From: Chrysemys picta bellii
Lineage: Eukaryota
Reading direction: 5' to 3'
Length of the DNA stretch: 64,000 nucleotides
Assembly: GCF_011386835.1 (NCBI RefSeq)
Contig: NC_088809.1
Location: forward strand, 12,896,001-12,960,000
The position numbers and the translations under genes are program-made. Below, one piece after another: positions 13,201 through 25,298 of this stretch; the first letter of the stretch is position 1, and each line of letters begins with the position of its first letter. Below the pieces are notes generated by a model. That model worked only from the letters and a program-made list of their open reading frames with translations, was not told the DNA's origin and made no database searches.

Positions 13201-14110
13201 CTGAATTGCCCTGGACTATTTGTTCTTTGTTACAACTTTTAGAGACTCGATCCCTGCATCTCTGCAGGATTTGGGGCCTTAATTAGATTTTCTTATTAAG
13301 AGATAAGACTTGGCATCTTTACTTCCACTCTTTTGTATTACATTTATGGGATTTTTCTAATACTCCTCTTTTGTAACTTTTCTAGTTACAGCACAATAGG
13401 TTAAAACAGATACATCCCTCCCCTATATCTGTGCTGGATACACATCTACTTTTCCTTTGTTTTACACGCTATTTGAATCATGAAGGACCCACTTTTCTTC
13501 CTCAGATATGGATTTTACCCCTACGTATTGGTTAAGAACCTCTCTCATGAAAGTCAATAGCAAAACTCTCATTGACTTCCCATTCCCCTTTGACTTCAAT
13601 AGGTGCTGGATTATGTGGTTTAAATGCACATGATTCTATTACTCATTTTATACAGAAGGTTTATGAAATGTTATAACAGGCTTACTGCTACAGTGTGGCA
13701 TTACTACTAATAAAATGAAATAACATATATAAACATATGAGTATAGGATTTCTACAATATTTTTAAAAAGTTTTAATTGTGTTACTTTAAATATAAGGCT
13801 ACAAAACTCAACAGATTCAGTTCCAGGGTTCAGACAATACAACATGGGAAAAACATCCTCCCCTGAATATTAAACTATATATAGATTTATTCTCTTAAAC
13901 ATCTTAATAAAGAAGAACCATTCTTAATTTTGTGACTGAGGTGGTAATTTTGACATTCTTGCTAAAGATAGGGCAAAACTGTGTATTAAGAAAATAAAAC
14001 ATTGAGAACACAGCTTAACTGTGATTTAAGTTTTTTTCCACATTATTTCTAATTGATAAATTCCCCAATTTTAAAATATCTCTGTCATTTTGGTGTTGGA
14101 AGTAATTCAG

Positions 14111-14234
14111 TTTATTATTTATTGTTACTAACAATAGAAAGATTTTACAACCTAAGACAATGGACACAACCAATCCCTCATGTAAAGATGAGAGGTAAAG
14201 CCCTCGGTTTATTGGCCTCTTCCCACCCTTTATT
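14111..14234 (-). terminator. MRPS17 polyadenylation signals (three AATAAA)
   Basis: Minus-strand AATAAA at 14229-14234 (overlaps the stop codon), 14208-14213 and 14111-14116. Confidence 0.5.
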
Positions 14235-15938
14235 TCTCTGTTGAGGAAACATTTAGTTCTTGGAGCTTTTCACTTAGATAGGTGGTGTCTGCCTCAGTTA
14301 GACTTTCTGAGTCTGTTAGACTTTCCAGGAACCTGGTTCCTGCGCAGGCCTTTCCAGTCACTGGGTCTATGACATTTCCAACCTTGAAAACAATCTCAGC
14401 CAGTTCATGTTTCACATTTTTGGTCCTCCGCTCAGGCAAAGCTTTTAGAAGAACAATGTCTCCGACGGCACAACTCTGCAATGGATCATGAGCGAAATAA
14501 GTTTTTCGCTTGTTAAAGAACTGTTGGAGAGAAGGAGAAAAGGAAACCCAGGCATTAGGACTCAAAACTAAAAGATGACCAGTAAACTTATGTTCAAAAG
14601 CAAAATGAATTGGAAGTTTCGTTATCAGGCTGATTGTGCAGGTATGCATAACTAACTGGGTTTTTGGCCAAGCAAAGCCACTGATGGATGCATATGGTAT
14701 AACAGTAGAACTGGGCAAATGTAACATTTGCTCTTCTTCACCCAGGATAGGTCTTTTGCCCTAGGTAGTGTCACTATTCACCAGTCCCTGACTCATCGAC
14801 TCCATTCTTGACCGCTAGTTACCTCTGGTTTATCATCTCAGTCCCTCCCATGCTTAAGAGGCACCAGAACGACAGTGCATCACATTCAGCAAAAAGGGTT
14901 GTCAAGGCTCTTCCAAGCCTAATAATAATTTGCATAAACTGCAGAGGGGAAGAGGTCAGGAAACTATATAATTCTCATCCTTCTCAATTCACCCAAGTCC
15001 CTATCACTGTGGTATTAGTGTTGCACCAATATCTCCCATATGAGCACATTTTAGTCCAGTTTTAGTAACTTTTATTGTCTGGGGAAAATATCAGGATTCA
15101 GACTATATCCTTTGAGAAGATTATGTAAATTATGATTGAAAAGTTGTGGAAAATGCACACTAAAAACAGAAAAGAGTCAATTACAAATCTAACCTACCTT
15201 CTTTTATCTTATAAAGTGCAGAATTGACTAAAGGGAGCATAGTTTCTCTTGAATCTAGTCTTTAATAATAACTGAGGGAGGCTTGCCTTATAAATAGTCC
15301 GATTATTTTATTATTGATAGATCTATATTGATTCAGTGGTTCAAATGCTAAAGAATATTTCTGCAATTACTTATTCAACAAAGTGGTTAGGAAAAAGATA
15401 TAGTAGGCAATTATTTTAATATCACCATATACAAAAACATTTTATTTTATAATTTCAAGCTTTCAAAATGGAGCAAAAACCCAGAAACTTATAAAAAATT
15501 TTTAAAAGGACTTTTCAAAAATCAAAGCACGAAATTAGTAGTCCACTTTCCCAGCTCAAATCAAAATGTGTGTTAACAGAATCATTCAAGGAAATGCACT
15601 TAATAGATAATCTGATACGGCAAATTTTATGTTTTTACACTGGTTTTTCTTTCTACGCAGTCATATTCAGAGCCAAATTACCACCCAATGTTCTTAATTA
15701 GTTAACAGTGTAAACAGTTTACATGAAATCCTAGTATTTCAGAAACTCAATACAATTTTCTTTGATAGTGAATATGAAAATGATCTTGCAAAGTAAGTTG
15801 GTGACCAGACCTTACCTTGAGTAAATAAGGATCCAGCACAAGCCTTGTCACTCTCACTTTGGCAGTTTTGTGCATTTTGGTTCCAATTACTTTCCCTATT
15901 ATCCATTTTGCATGGACAGCTCCACGTAGTCCAGACAT
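14230..15938 (-). CDS. MRPS17: Mitochondrial ribosomal protein uS17m (137 aa), two coding exons
   Basis: Coding exon A 15816-15938 ([41 protein letters not shown], acceptor at 15963 in the UTR, donor GTAAG). Exon B 14230-14520 ([61 protein letters not shown]...STEK*). Contains the S17 family signature. Confidence 0.97.
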
Positions 15939-16931
15939 TGTTTAGCTATGATCATCCAGTGCCTGGAAAGAAAACTGCAATGTTACTTGATAAAAAAAAT
16001 GAAGTGTTTTCTGATTAGTGCCAAAATGACAAACCTGGTCCCAACCCAATCTCTTTTAATCCTCAGAAGAGGTAAGGCACAGACAGCAGCAGTTCAAATT
16101 TCCCCACATTCCCCTTCCTCCCCCTTGTACCAAAACCTACAAGTAGGTGTGTAAATGTATGTCAGCCTCTACACCCAATCTTGAAGACAGCAACTGAGGT
16201 AGTGATTTCAGGGTGTAGACTTGGACCCCTTGTGTCCTCTGAAAAGTGACCTGCACCCAATTCATTTTACATGGCCCAAATAGCCTTCCGATTAAAATGC
16301 TGGATCCAAATTCGTAACCTAGAAATGAAAAACTAATTATGTTAATATGAACCTAATCCATATCCAAATGACTGTTCTTGTCTTACCTTTCTTTGGTATC
16401 TTCACTATAACCCCCTTACAATTTTATCTAACATGAATAGAATGATGTAGAACAGCAAAAAAACCAGAAACAAACAAAAGCCCCAAACAAAAAAACAAAA
16501 CTGCTACATGAAATATTCCACAGTTTTAGGGATAAAGATATTGTAAATTATGTCTGTATATTCCATGATTATTAATTCAGAAACTGAAACTTGAAAAAGA
16601 TGTCATGATACTTTCAAGATACACTGAGGGCTAACTAAGTTAAATGTTTTTTTTCTCACATCAGATGCATTCCATGAAATGACTACTTTTAAAATTAGTT
16701 CTGCTGTGCAAATAAGAGTGTGTGAATATCACACCGGTCCTGTCTAAACAGGGAAGAGTTTCTCTGCAGTTGCACATTACCTTGATGAGCCCGAAAGGAA
16801 AACCACATCTTCAGAAATAAAAATAAACTAGGGCAATTTAAAAATTATTAATTCAGTAAACACCTGTTCCCCTTGTCCAAATAAACTTTGCTAAAGACAG
16901 TTGTTAACACTAAAGGAATTATAATATAATA

Positions 16932-17119
16932 CATGGAGATATACCTATCTCATAGAACTGGAAGGGACCTCAAAAGGTCATTGAGTCCAGCCCCTTGCCT
17001 TCACTAGCAGTGTCAAAGTACTGATTTTGCCCCAGATCCCTAAGTGACCCCCTCAAGGATTGAACTCACAACCCTGGGTTTAGCAGGCCAATGCTCAAAC
17101 CACTGAGCTATCCCCCCCC
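16932..17119 (-). mobile_element. Tortoise Pol III/SINE (tRNA-derived head plus CR1 3' tail), full length
   Basis: Minus strand reads GGGGATAGCTCAGTGGTTTGAGCATTGGCCTGCTAAACCCAGGGTTGTGAGTTCAATCC (A and B boxes), followed by a CR1-like tail ...GGTCCCTTCCAGTTCTATGAG. Confidence 0.88.
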
Positions 17120-17405
17120 ACCTACCTTTTGTGTAATGTTATGCTTGGCTGAAGGGTCTCGCCAAAACCCCGGAGATACTTCCCTCTCTATTTTTTACTG
17201 TGATCGCCACATACCTATAAGATAAAACAAACAAACAAACGCACAGTTCAACATGGGAGTTAACAGCCAGATCTTCCCTGCACATTCACGCACAATAAAA
17301 ATATCAATTCTCAGTTGCATGGTCTAGTGGTTGGAGCATTAGACTGAGAGTCAGGATTCCTGGGTGCTACCTTGTTGAGTGAACACAGGGGACAATCATT
17401 TTCTG

Positions 17406-17707
17406 AGCCATTACAAACATTGAATCTATCTCTCCTTGTAAGTATTCTCACACTTGTTATCTAACTGTCTGTACTGGGCTAGCTTGATTATCACTTCAAA
17501 AGTTTTTTTTCTCTAAATTAATTAGCCTCTCAGAGGTGGTAAGACAACTCCCACCTGTTTATGCTCTCTGTATGTGTGTATATATATCTCCTCAATATAT
17601 GTTCCATTCTATATGCATCCGAAGAAGTGGGCTGTAGTCCACGAAAGCTTATGCTCTAATAAATTTGTTAGTCTCTAAGGTGCCACAAGTCCTCCTGTTC
17701 TTCTTTT
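17406..17707 (+). mobile_element. Penelope-like pLTR fragment with hammerhead variant (core CCGAAGA, 17615-17654), inserted in a MIR-like SINE in MRPS17 intron 1
   Basis: Same terminal sequence as 289-553. Confidence 0.8.
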
Positions 17708-17979
17708 TCCGTGACTGTAGCTCATCGGGGATAATGATACAGGAGTGTTGTGAAAGCTGAATCACTAGCGTTTATAAGGCATCAGAGATGCACTGGGAGA
17801 GAAAGTGCTGTAGGCAGGAAGGCCCAGACCCTTACAAGTATTTAGTCCCCTAACTCTCATTGATGTCAATGGGAGTAAACCACCTAAGTACTTTTGGAGG
17901 ATCTGGGCCGAAGCGGTCTCACCGGGAGGGGAAGCATTTAGGAAGAAAAAGCTCAAGTCAAGGCAGCTGTCGTGGCCCT

Positions 17980-18780
17980 GTCCTGAGAAGCCCCCAGAGC
18001 TCCCTCCCTGCGAGCACCCCGCCCCCAGAGTCCCCCTCTCCCGCCCTTAGAGCCCCTGCTGCCCCATCCCCCCTCCCTCCCTCCCTCCCTCGGCAAAGGC
18101 CAGCCCCAGAGCAGTCGTTCCCCCGACCCCAGCGCCGAGCAGAGGCCCGGGACCTTACAGCGGCCTCCGCTCTAGGCCGCGCTCCGCCCGCGGGCTCTGC
18201 CAGTGCAGCACGCCCCAGCGAAGCAGCGACCGAACGGCCAGCTCCTCAGCGGCCAACACTCCCGACTCACCTCACCGACCAGCCAAGGGGGAGGAGCCAG
18301 TGCCGGAAGGGGCGGGGCCAAACCCGGAAGGGATAGGACTGTCCCTGGGGCGCGACAAGGGGGCGTGGCTAACCGCTGTAGAGGAAGGGGAGGGGCCATT
18401 TAAAGGCACAGGGGCGGTCCATGCAGTAGCAGTGTTACCCCTGTCCTCAGGGGAGGAGAAAGGAAGGCCCCCGCTGTGGCAATGGGGGGAAGGAGCATGG
18501 AGGCGTATGGCTCCCTGCCTCCCCCGGGATTATAATGGGCTGGAACAGGAGGGGAGCTTGGGCTGCAGCCCTCAGGCAGGGGAGCTCTGTTGCTTGTCAT
18601 AAAGGGGAATCTAGGCTCAACTTCAACCCCTGCACCTGAGCAACAGGGTGCGCCCACCCGGGGGGCCGGGATGGAGGCCTGGTTGTGCGGGGTGGCTGGA
18701 CTTGGGCGGTTGGAATGGGGTGGCTGGGCTGGAAGGGCCTGAAGCAAAGGACAGGGAGGAAGAGAAAACAAGACCGGAGG
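17980..18780. promoter_or_regulatory. CpG island / MRPS17 promoter with non-coding first exon, possibly bidirectional
   Basis: CpG-rich. Two ETS/GABP CCGGAAG motifs (18303, 18325) and GC boxes. Minus-strand donors GTGAGT/GTGAG at 18265-18275 give a likely MRPS17 exon 1 end. Confidence 0.75.
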
Positions 18781-18843
18781 TGAGATGTTTCATCTTGCTT
18801 CCAGGAACGTCATGTAACCATGAGCTTGCTCTTGCGGTGTGTT

Positions 18844-18968
18844 CGGGGTGACCAGATGTCCCGATTTTATAGGGACAGTCCCGATTTTGGGGTCTTTTTC
18901 TTATATAGGCTCCGATTACCCCCCCACCCCTTGTCCCAATTTTTCACATTTGTTGTCTGGTCACCCTA
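18844..18968. mobile_element. hAT-family MITE (TAGGGTGACCAGA TIRs)
   Basis: TIR pair with a 7/8-matching 8-bp TSD, GGTGTGTT / GGCGTGTT. Confidence 0.8.
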
Positions 18969-19098
18969 GGCGTGTTTCTGGCAAGTACTTTCCATTTACC
19001 CACATTTTGCCACCTCCAAAGGTGGTTGAGGATTTTGAGTGTGCGCCCCCTACAATGTGGTCCGCCTGGGTGGCAGACAGAGAAGTCATGTCTTCTTA

Positions 19099-19408
19099 GA
19101 GCTGGTCTACACTGGGGGGGGGGGCGGGTCGATGTAAGATACCCAACTTCAGCTACGGGAATAGCGTAACTGAAGTCGACGTATCTTATTTCGACTTACC
19201 TTGGGTCCTCATGGCGCGGGATCGACGGCCACAGCTCCGCTGTCGACTCCGCCGTCGACTCCGCTACCGCCGCTCGCCCTGGTGGAGTTCCGGAATCGAC
19301 GGGAGCACGTTCAGGGATCGATATATCGCGTCTAGATGAGATGCGATATATCGATCCCTGATAGATCGATTACTACCCGCCGATTCGGCAGGTAGTCTGG
19401 ACGTACCC
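19099..19408. mobile_element. CpG-rich PIF/Harbinger-type MITE
   Basis: TIRs ..GGTCTACACT / GTAGTCTGGACGTACCC. Same family as 63175-63459 in the opposite orientation. Confidence 0.75.
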
Positions 19409-19893
19409 CTAATTTCCTTCGCTGGCCAGTACCGGCCCTGGGGAACTACTTTCTACAACGGAGGGGAAAACTGCAGTCTTGTGTCATGGGACCATTCTAA
19501 CCCTACCATTCCTTGCCACCTTTCCCATCGGGGCCAGCATCGCGTCAAGTCATGGTTCGAGCAGTCACAAAACCCCTCTCACAGATGGGTATGAGTAGAG
19601 CTGGTTGAACTCTTCATTGTGATTAACTTAGCTGAAGATTTTGTCAAATTATTCATAATTACATTTTTCATTATTCAGCCATGAGTGTATTTTGTGGATT
19701 CCTGGTTGAAGGTGCCCAAAGGAGATGAGGATGCAAAGGTGTAGGAACTGAGGTGCCTTGTTCCATTTCACCAGAGTCCCTGAAAAGAACTATGAAATAA
19801 GAAATAAAATACCCCTTTGTTTTATTGTGAAATGGTGTCCTTTTGCACCGGAGGAAAGCAGAATCTAATGAAATGGAGGCCTTTCTCAGAAGG

Positions 19894-20090
19894 TTTCAGA
19901 GTAGCAGCTGTGTTAGTCTGTATCCGCAAAAAGAAGAACAGGAGTACTTGTGGCACTTTAGAGACTAACAAATTTATTAGAGCATAAGCTTTCGTGGACT
20001 ACAGCCCACTTCTTCGGATGTAGTCCACGAAAGCTTATGCTCTAATAAATTTGTTAGTCTCTAAGGTGCCACAAGTACTCCTATTCTTCT
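19894..20090. mobile_element. Penelope-like inverted pLTR unit
   Basis: Roughly 70-bp inverted arms with 2 mismatches, tail on the left side. Flanking duplication TTTCTCAGAAGG (19882-19893, 20091-20102). Confidence 0.82.
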
Positions 20091-20290
20091 TTTCTCAGAA
20101 GGGTTTATTGGACCTCTGCTCATTCTCAGACCAAAATCAGATCAATGGGCCAAATTTTGCTGTTACACCTGTATAAAAGTTTACATTGGTGTAACAGACA
20201 CGGGAGTTTGGTCTATTGTCCTTGCTTATCCATTTCCTACTAGAATTTGGATATTTAAAAAATTGACTTATACTGTAGCTCAACTCTAAG

Positions 20291-20522
20291 GCCTGGTCCA
20301 CAACTAAAATTTAGGTTGATCTAGCTATGTTGCTCAGCAATATGAAAAACTCACACCCCTGAGAGATGTAGTTAAGCTGACCTAAATCCTGCTAGGTCGA
20401 TGGAACTATCTACCATCTCTTGGAGGGGTGGATTAACTACAGCAATGACAAAACCCTTCTATTGCTGTAGCATACGTCTACACTACAACGCTATGGTGGC
20501 ACAATTGCAGTGTTATAGCCCT
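20291..20522. mobile_element. Old Harbinger-type MITE remnant
   Basis: Degenerate GGCCTGGTCCACA start and internal GTCTACACTAC, similar to the 59375-59818 family. Confidence 0.5.
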
Positions 20523-23500
20523 AAGAATGGCAAAGGATAGCCTTGGTGAGTCTCTGCATACTGGGCAATGTGCTTTTGGCAGCTTGTTGGCACTGTTACC
20601 CCCATCCCATTTCTTTGGCTTTTCCTCCGATTTGGGGCTAGCTGAACTGCATTCAGTTTTGTTTCTGGGTAACTTTTGGTCCGTGATTATATTGGCCATT
20701 GCCCATTTCAGTGTCCTACTCTCTTTAGATTTTATCATCTCATCACATGTCACCACAGCAGGAAGTAGCAAGAGGCAGGGTGGTGTTTACCTAAGAAGAG
20801 TACACAGCACAATCTCCTTTTTTTAAGGTGGTTGGCTGCTTTGAGGTAAAGCTACTCTTTGTGATTGGGGATACTGTCAAAATAATACGATCAAATATCT
20901 TTAAAAGGGTTGTGACGCTCTACCAGTGTCTCTGATCAGTTTTTACATATGTGTGCATCAAGATTTACAGGCTTCTTCCTGAAGCACTCCTTATGTTTTA
21001 AGGTCTTGCTGCTTAAACTGCAGTGAACGGAAAATTGGGGAGGAGTCTAGCCAGCACAGGCAGGAAATGGTTAACAGCTATTCATATCACCTGGGAAAGC
21101 AATTCTTTGATTTGTCAGAGGGCGCTAACAGGCTGCAATTCATAGGAAACAAAGGAAAGGGAAGCCTGGATTCTTAATTTCAGTGACAGAACCGAGGAGC
21201 AAGGCTGGACCTTGATGTGTGCTGCAAAATGTGGAATTTGGGATTGAAAGTAATTTTTTTGTCCTATCTTGGTTCAGAGAGGAAACAGGGAAATAAATCT
21301 GGTTCCAACTGGAGAACTTAGACTCACGAGAAGTTATCTGAGAGGTAAGGAAATTATTTATATCTCACTCACATGTTAAAAATAATATTTAAGCAAATCA
21401 GGGTGGGGAGCACAGATAGAAATCTTTAAATTCAACTTTTGTAAAAGAAACAAAACACCATTTAGCTCTTAACTATCTGCATTCTGTTTATTTGCACTAA
21501 TTTCTGGTCTTAAAGTATAGAAACTTGGGAAACAGGAAAAACCGATGAGGCAGTGGAACTTGTGAATAAAAGTTGCAGTAAATACTTCAGTGATGATGAA
21601 GGCAAGAGCTTTTAAAAGCACTATATTGACAGAAACACTGTCTAACTTGAAAGTACTCTGCTCCTTTTACTGCAGGATCTCAAAGTGCTTCACAAACCTT
21701 AATTCATTAAACACCATTTCAAAGTGCCTGTGAGGCACAAATTTGGCGCCTGTGAAAAGAGTTTATCGGACATGCCTGAAGATTCTCATGGTTAGCCACA
21801 GACCACGTACAGCACAGTCATTGCCCCACCAATGTGTTTGAATCCTAATCTGAAAGAATTAATTAATCCTCATTAAAAGCTGACCCTTCTTGGCTCATTC
21901 ATTTCTTGGTTTATCTGCTGAGAAAACAAGGTTGCCAATTAAAGAGGTGTGTGAGAGAGAGAGACACACACACACACACACAGATGCTCTTCCACTTGGA
22001 TGTGTCTATGTTTGTGTGAGACACACTTGGATTTGGATTTGGACTGAGACTGCCAAATTATGATCTAGCCAGTAACACTTTTACTCACTATCTGTATCAG
22101 CCAGAGCTGGACTAAAGCAAGAGCCATATAGGTGAAAGCGTTTATATCCCATATACATTTTCATGAACAATCCGCTTACCTTAGTAGTACTAAATTAAAG
22201 GTGAATAAAACTCAGCTTCTTGGGAGGGGTTAATTACAGCGGCCTTGGTTGAGATATTTTGATACCCTGGTTTCTGTAATTGAATTACCTCTGGTAGCTA
22301 TATTATGACTAGCAGGATTACTGATTCCACTTTTTTTCCAATTCTGGTTTAGGTTGATGTCGTAAGTCTAACGATCTGGATTGTTTACACTTTTGACAAG
22401 CTCTTCAGAGCAGTGACATGTTCTGTTTTATATGTCTGTAAAGTGCAATGCACACCTATGTGCTGTATAAATAAACTGTAATCCTTGCAATGCTCCTGCA
22501 AGAGTTGCCTTGCCAGTTCTTCCTGCTGCTATTTTCCTTTATCGTTCTTCATCCTGATCCCTTGGTCCAGGTGCTAGTTTCTGGGTTTGTCCACGGGCTG
22601 TAGCAGGCAGGAAGAGGACTGTAGTTCAGTGAGGAGTGGCTGCTTGGGTCAATTCTGGAAGTTCAGAGTGCTTAGCAAACCACTTTCCTCAGTGATCTTG
22701 GTGAAAGGTGGGGCTATTATAATTTCGTTCCAGTAATTACATTAGATCACTGCATTTCGATTTCCACCTTTTCAAGCAGAGCTTATGTCATTCTTCAATG
22801 AGTTATGAGGGGGAGGAGGAAGTCCTGGAAATTCACCACTTCTCCACGGTTCCCTGGCTCTAAAATGTCAGTAATTTCCTACCCAGCCAATGACTGTGTT
22901 TTTCACCTAACCCTCTCTACGTACCTGCTGTGGCTTGCATTGTTATTTACTAAATATTATGACATACTTCTGTTTATCACAATTTGTAGCTTCTGTCGCT
23001 CCGGGAATTTCCTAAATAAATCATTGGAACTCAATGAAGGAGATCGTATTTTGATACAAGTTGCCCATGACTCACAGTCCAAAGTGGTTATTACTAGCAA
23101 GAAGACTTGACATTGTTTACCATTTTGTATTTCACAAAGGATTTCAAAACCTGATTATGCTGGCCTGCAAAGTTTCTTTTATTTGAAAAGGTTCCTTTGT
23201 TGCTAAGGGCCTGACTCTTCTCTCACTTACAAGGGTTTTAAACTGGTATTAGGGCTCAGTAGAGTTACTCTGGATTTAAACTGGTGTGAAAAAAATCAGC
23301 AGTAGGTCCTTGGATTAATCATTGCGGAAAACCTCTCCTCTTGTGTTCCTCAGAGTAGGTCTGGTTGAAACTAGGAAATTCCCTTTAGTGAGAAATTCTG
23401 ACATTTCAAAACTTGGGGCTGTGTAGTAATTTTTGTTGTCAGAAGGGGGTTGTGGTGCAATGAAGTTTGAGAACCCTTGGATTAGTGAATTCAAAGTATA

Positions 23501-25078
23501 CATTAAAAACAGATTACGTAACTTCTTGCTCTCTTGTCTCTAGCTACTGATTCTCTGTCTCTGCAGGACTGGGGATAGAAGGTTTCATTCCCCTGTTTCA
23601 CTTTGGTTCTGCTGTCATCTCCTGTACCAGTGCTAAGTACGTCTTCTGTAACACTCTATATGTGTTGTACTTTTTGGAAGTATTAGTTACCTTTATAAAA
23701 GGAAAAGCTGTGTGGGAGTGTCCTTTTGAATATACTAGACACACAAAGGTACTATTACCGTCATGTGCACTGGTGACGACATCTAGAACAGCTTGGAAGA
23801 TTGGGGCCTTAACAGGTATCGAAGTAGTAATTAAACACTTGTTTTCATATAGCTTCAGTTCAGATCCTTACTGAGACTTATGATGGTGGCTGAGCTGGCA
23901 AAATGTTAATTTCATCTTTTGACAGAAGTACAACTTTGTATACTAAATACAGAGACAGTATACTGTAGTGGTTAGAATGCAGGCTCCAATTGCCCTGTGG
24001 ACAATTTGGATTGGTTAGACTGGTGAAAAGTGGTCTCACCCCTCTAGGAAAATACTTCCAGTACAGGGATTGTTCTGGAGGTTTGAGTGAGAGGGTTTGG
24101 CTAGGGCACGTCCGTGTCCCAGCTGTTCCTCAACCACATTACAGCATGTCGGCCTTATAGCCAAGGCACAACTTGGCAGTGCTGATCTGTGCCTGAGCCT
24201 GAACCAGCCTCCAGCAGCCTCAGGATTGGGAGAGTGTGAGCCACGTCCCCATGATTTCTGCAATGGTCTCAGTGCTGGTGCAGGGATCGATTCTTCATTG
24301 AGAATCTATTCCCGACTCTGCCATTGTTTTTTGTGTTTTGTGTATTGGTTGTGTGACCTCGGGTACCTTACTAACCTGCTCTCTGCTTCTGTGTTCCCAT
24401 CAGTAAAAAGAGAATGTGCGTGCTTGAGATATTTGGTTGAAATGCAAAATACCTGGAAAATATTGTGTATCTTTGCCAATTTACAGCTTAATAGAAGAGA
24501 AAAAAGGAACAAAGATGCTTTATAAATTATTGGGAGGTTCAGACAAATGGACCTTTTCAATTTAAACTAGGACCTTCTTTAGGAATTTTTAAAGACAAGA
24601 TTGGAGGTTAGCTACACTATAAGAACAGCCTTAGTTTGTAAGAAACCAAGAACTCTGGGTCTCTTCTTGGCCTATATCGCCCTCAGATGTTAACTAGGCT
24701 GTGTATGTTTCAGGTCAAAGCTATTAATTCCTGTTTTTAGTTTATGAAACAAAACTTTATGGACTACTTTCCTACACTCATAAAATCTGAGGACAGCATA
24801 GTGCGGATCCATGTCCCACTGCCGAGCCCCCTGTTTGCAATGTTTAGTTGGGCTAGAATCGACAAAACCATCTGGCTATGGAAGTAACACACATTTTCCA
24901 TATAGTTTTACATATAGTACTCAGTCAACTGTATTTAAAATATATGTTATGTGGGCTTATGCAAAACTGAACTAAACTCACATCACAAGAACTCGTGTGA
25001 AAATAAATATTTAAATTACCTTACATCAATGAGGCTTAACTGATCTTTTAAATATATATCCTAGAGAAGTATTAAAAT

Positions 25079-25298
25079 GCAACAGAGGGTCCTGTGGCAC
25101 CTTTGAGACTAACAGAAGTACTGGGAGCATAAGCTTTCGTGGGTAAGAACCTCACTTCTTCAGACTTGCATCTGAAGAAGTGAGGTTCTTACCCACGAAA
25201 GCTTATGCTCCCAGTACTTCTGTTAGTCTCAAAGGTGCCACAGGACCCTCTGTTGCTTTTTACAGATTCAGACTAACACGGCTACCCCTCTGATACTT
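25079..25298. mobile_element. Penelope-like inverted pLTR unit forming an 86-bp perfect palindrome
   Basis: Arms 25079-25164 and 25171-25256 with loop CTTGCA, then tail ...CAGACTAACACGGCTACCCCTCTGATACTT. Flanking duplication GAAGTATTAAAATG (25066-25079, 25299-25312). Confidence 0.88.
25168..25208 (+). ncRNA. Minimal type I hammerhead ribozyme motif, canonical core
   Basis: GCAU-CUGAAGA-A-GUG(A)GGU(UCUU)ACCCAC-GAAA-GCUU-AUGC. Stem II differs from the copy at 462 but remains paired. Confidence 0.72.

Noticed and set aside
14521-14727. Apparent 68-aa N-terminal extension of the 165-aa MRPS17 ORF
   Set aside because: Intronic read-through upstream of the exon-B acceptor. The true N-terminus is in 15816-15938.
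16781-16804. CTTGATGAGCCCGAAAGGAAAACC resembles a hammerhead core (CUGAUGAG…GAAAC)
   Set aside because: There is an extra U in the core, stem II cannot close before a GAAA, and no flanking stems I or III could be found.
17060-17119. tRNA-like sequence on the minus strand
   Set aside because: It is the tRNA-derived head of the tortoise SINE, continuing into a CR1 tail, not a tRNA gene.
17860-18851. Multiple ORFs over the MRPS17 promoter
   Set aside because: GC-content artefact with no homology.
22800-23150. Possible enhancer upstream of NF2-like (TGACTCA and TGTTTAC motifs) and a 101-aa ORF
   Set aside because: Short motifs occur by chance. It cannot be supported without conservation or chromatin data, and the ORF has no homology.
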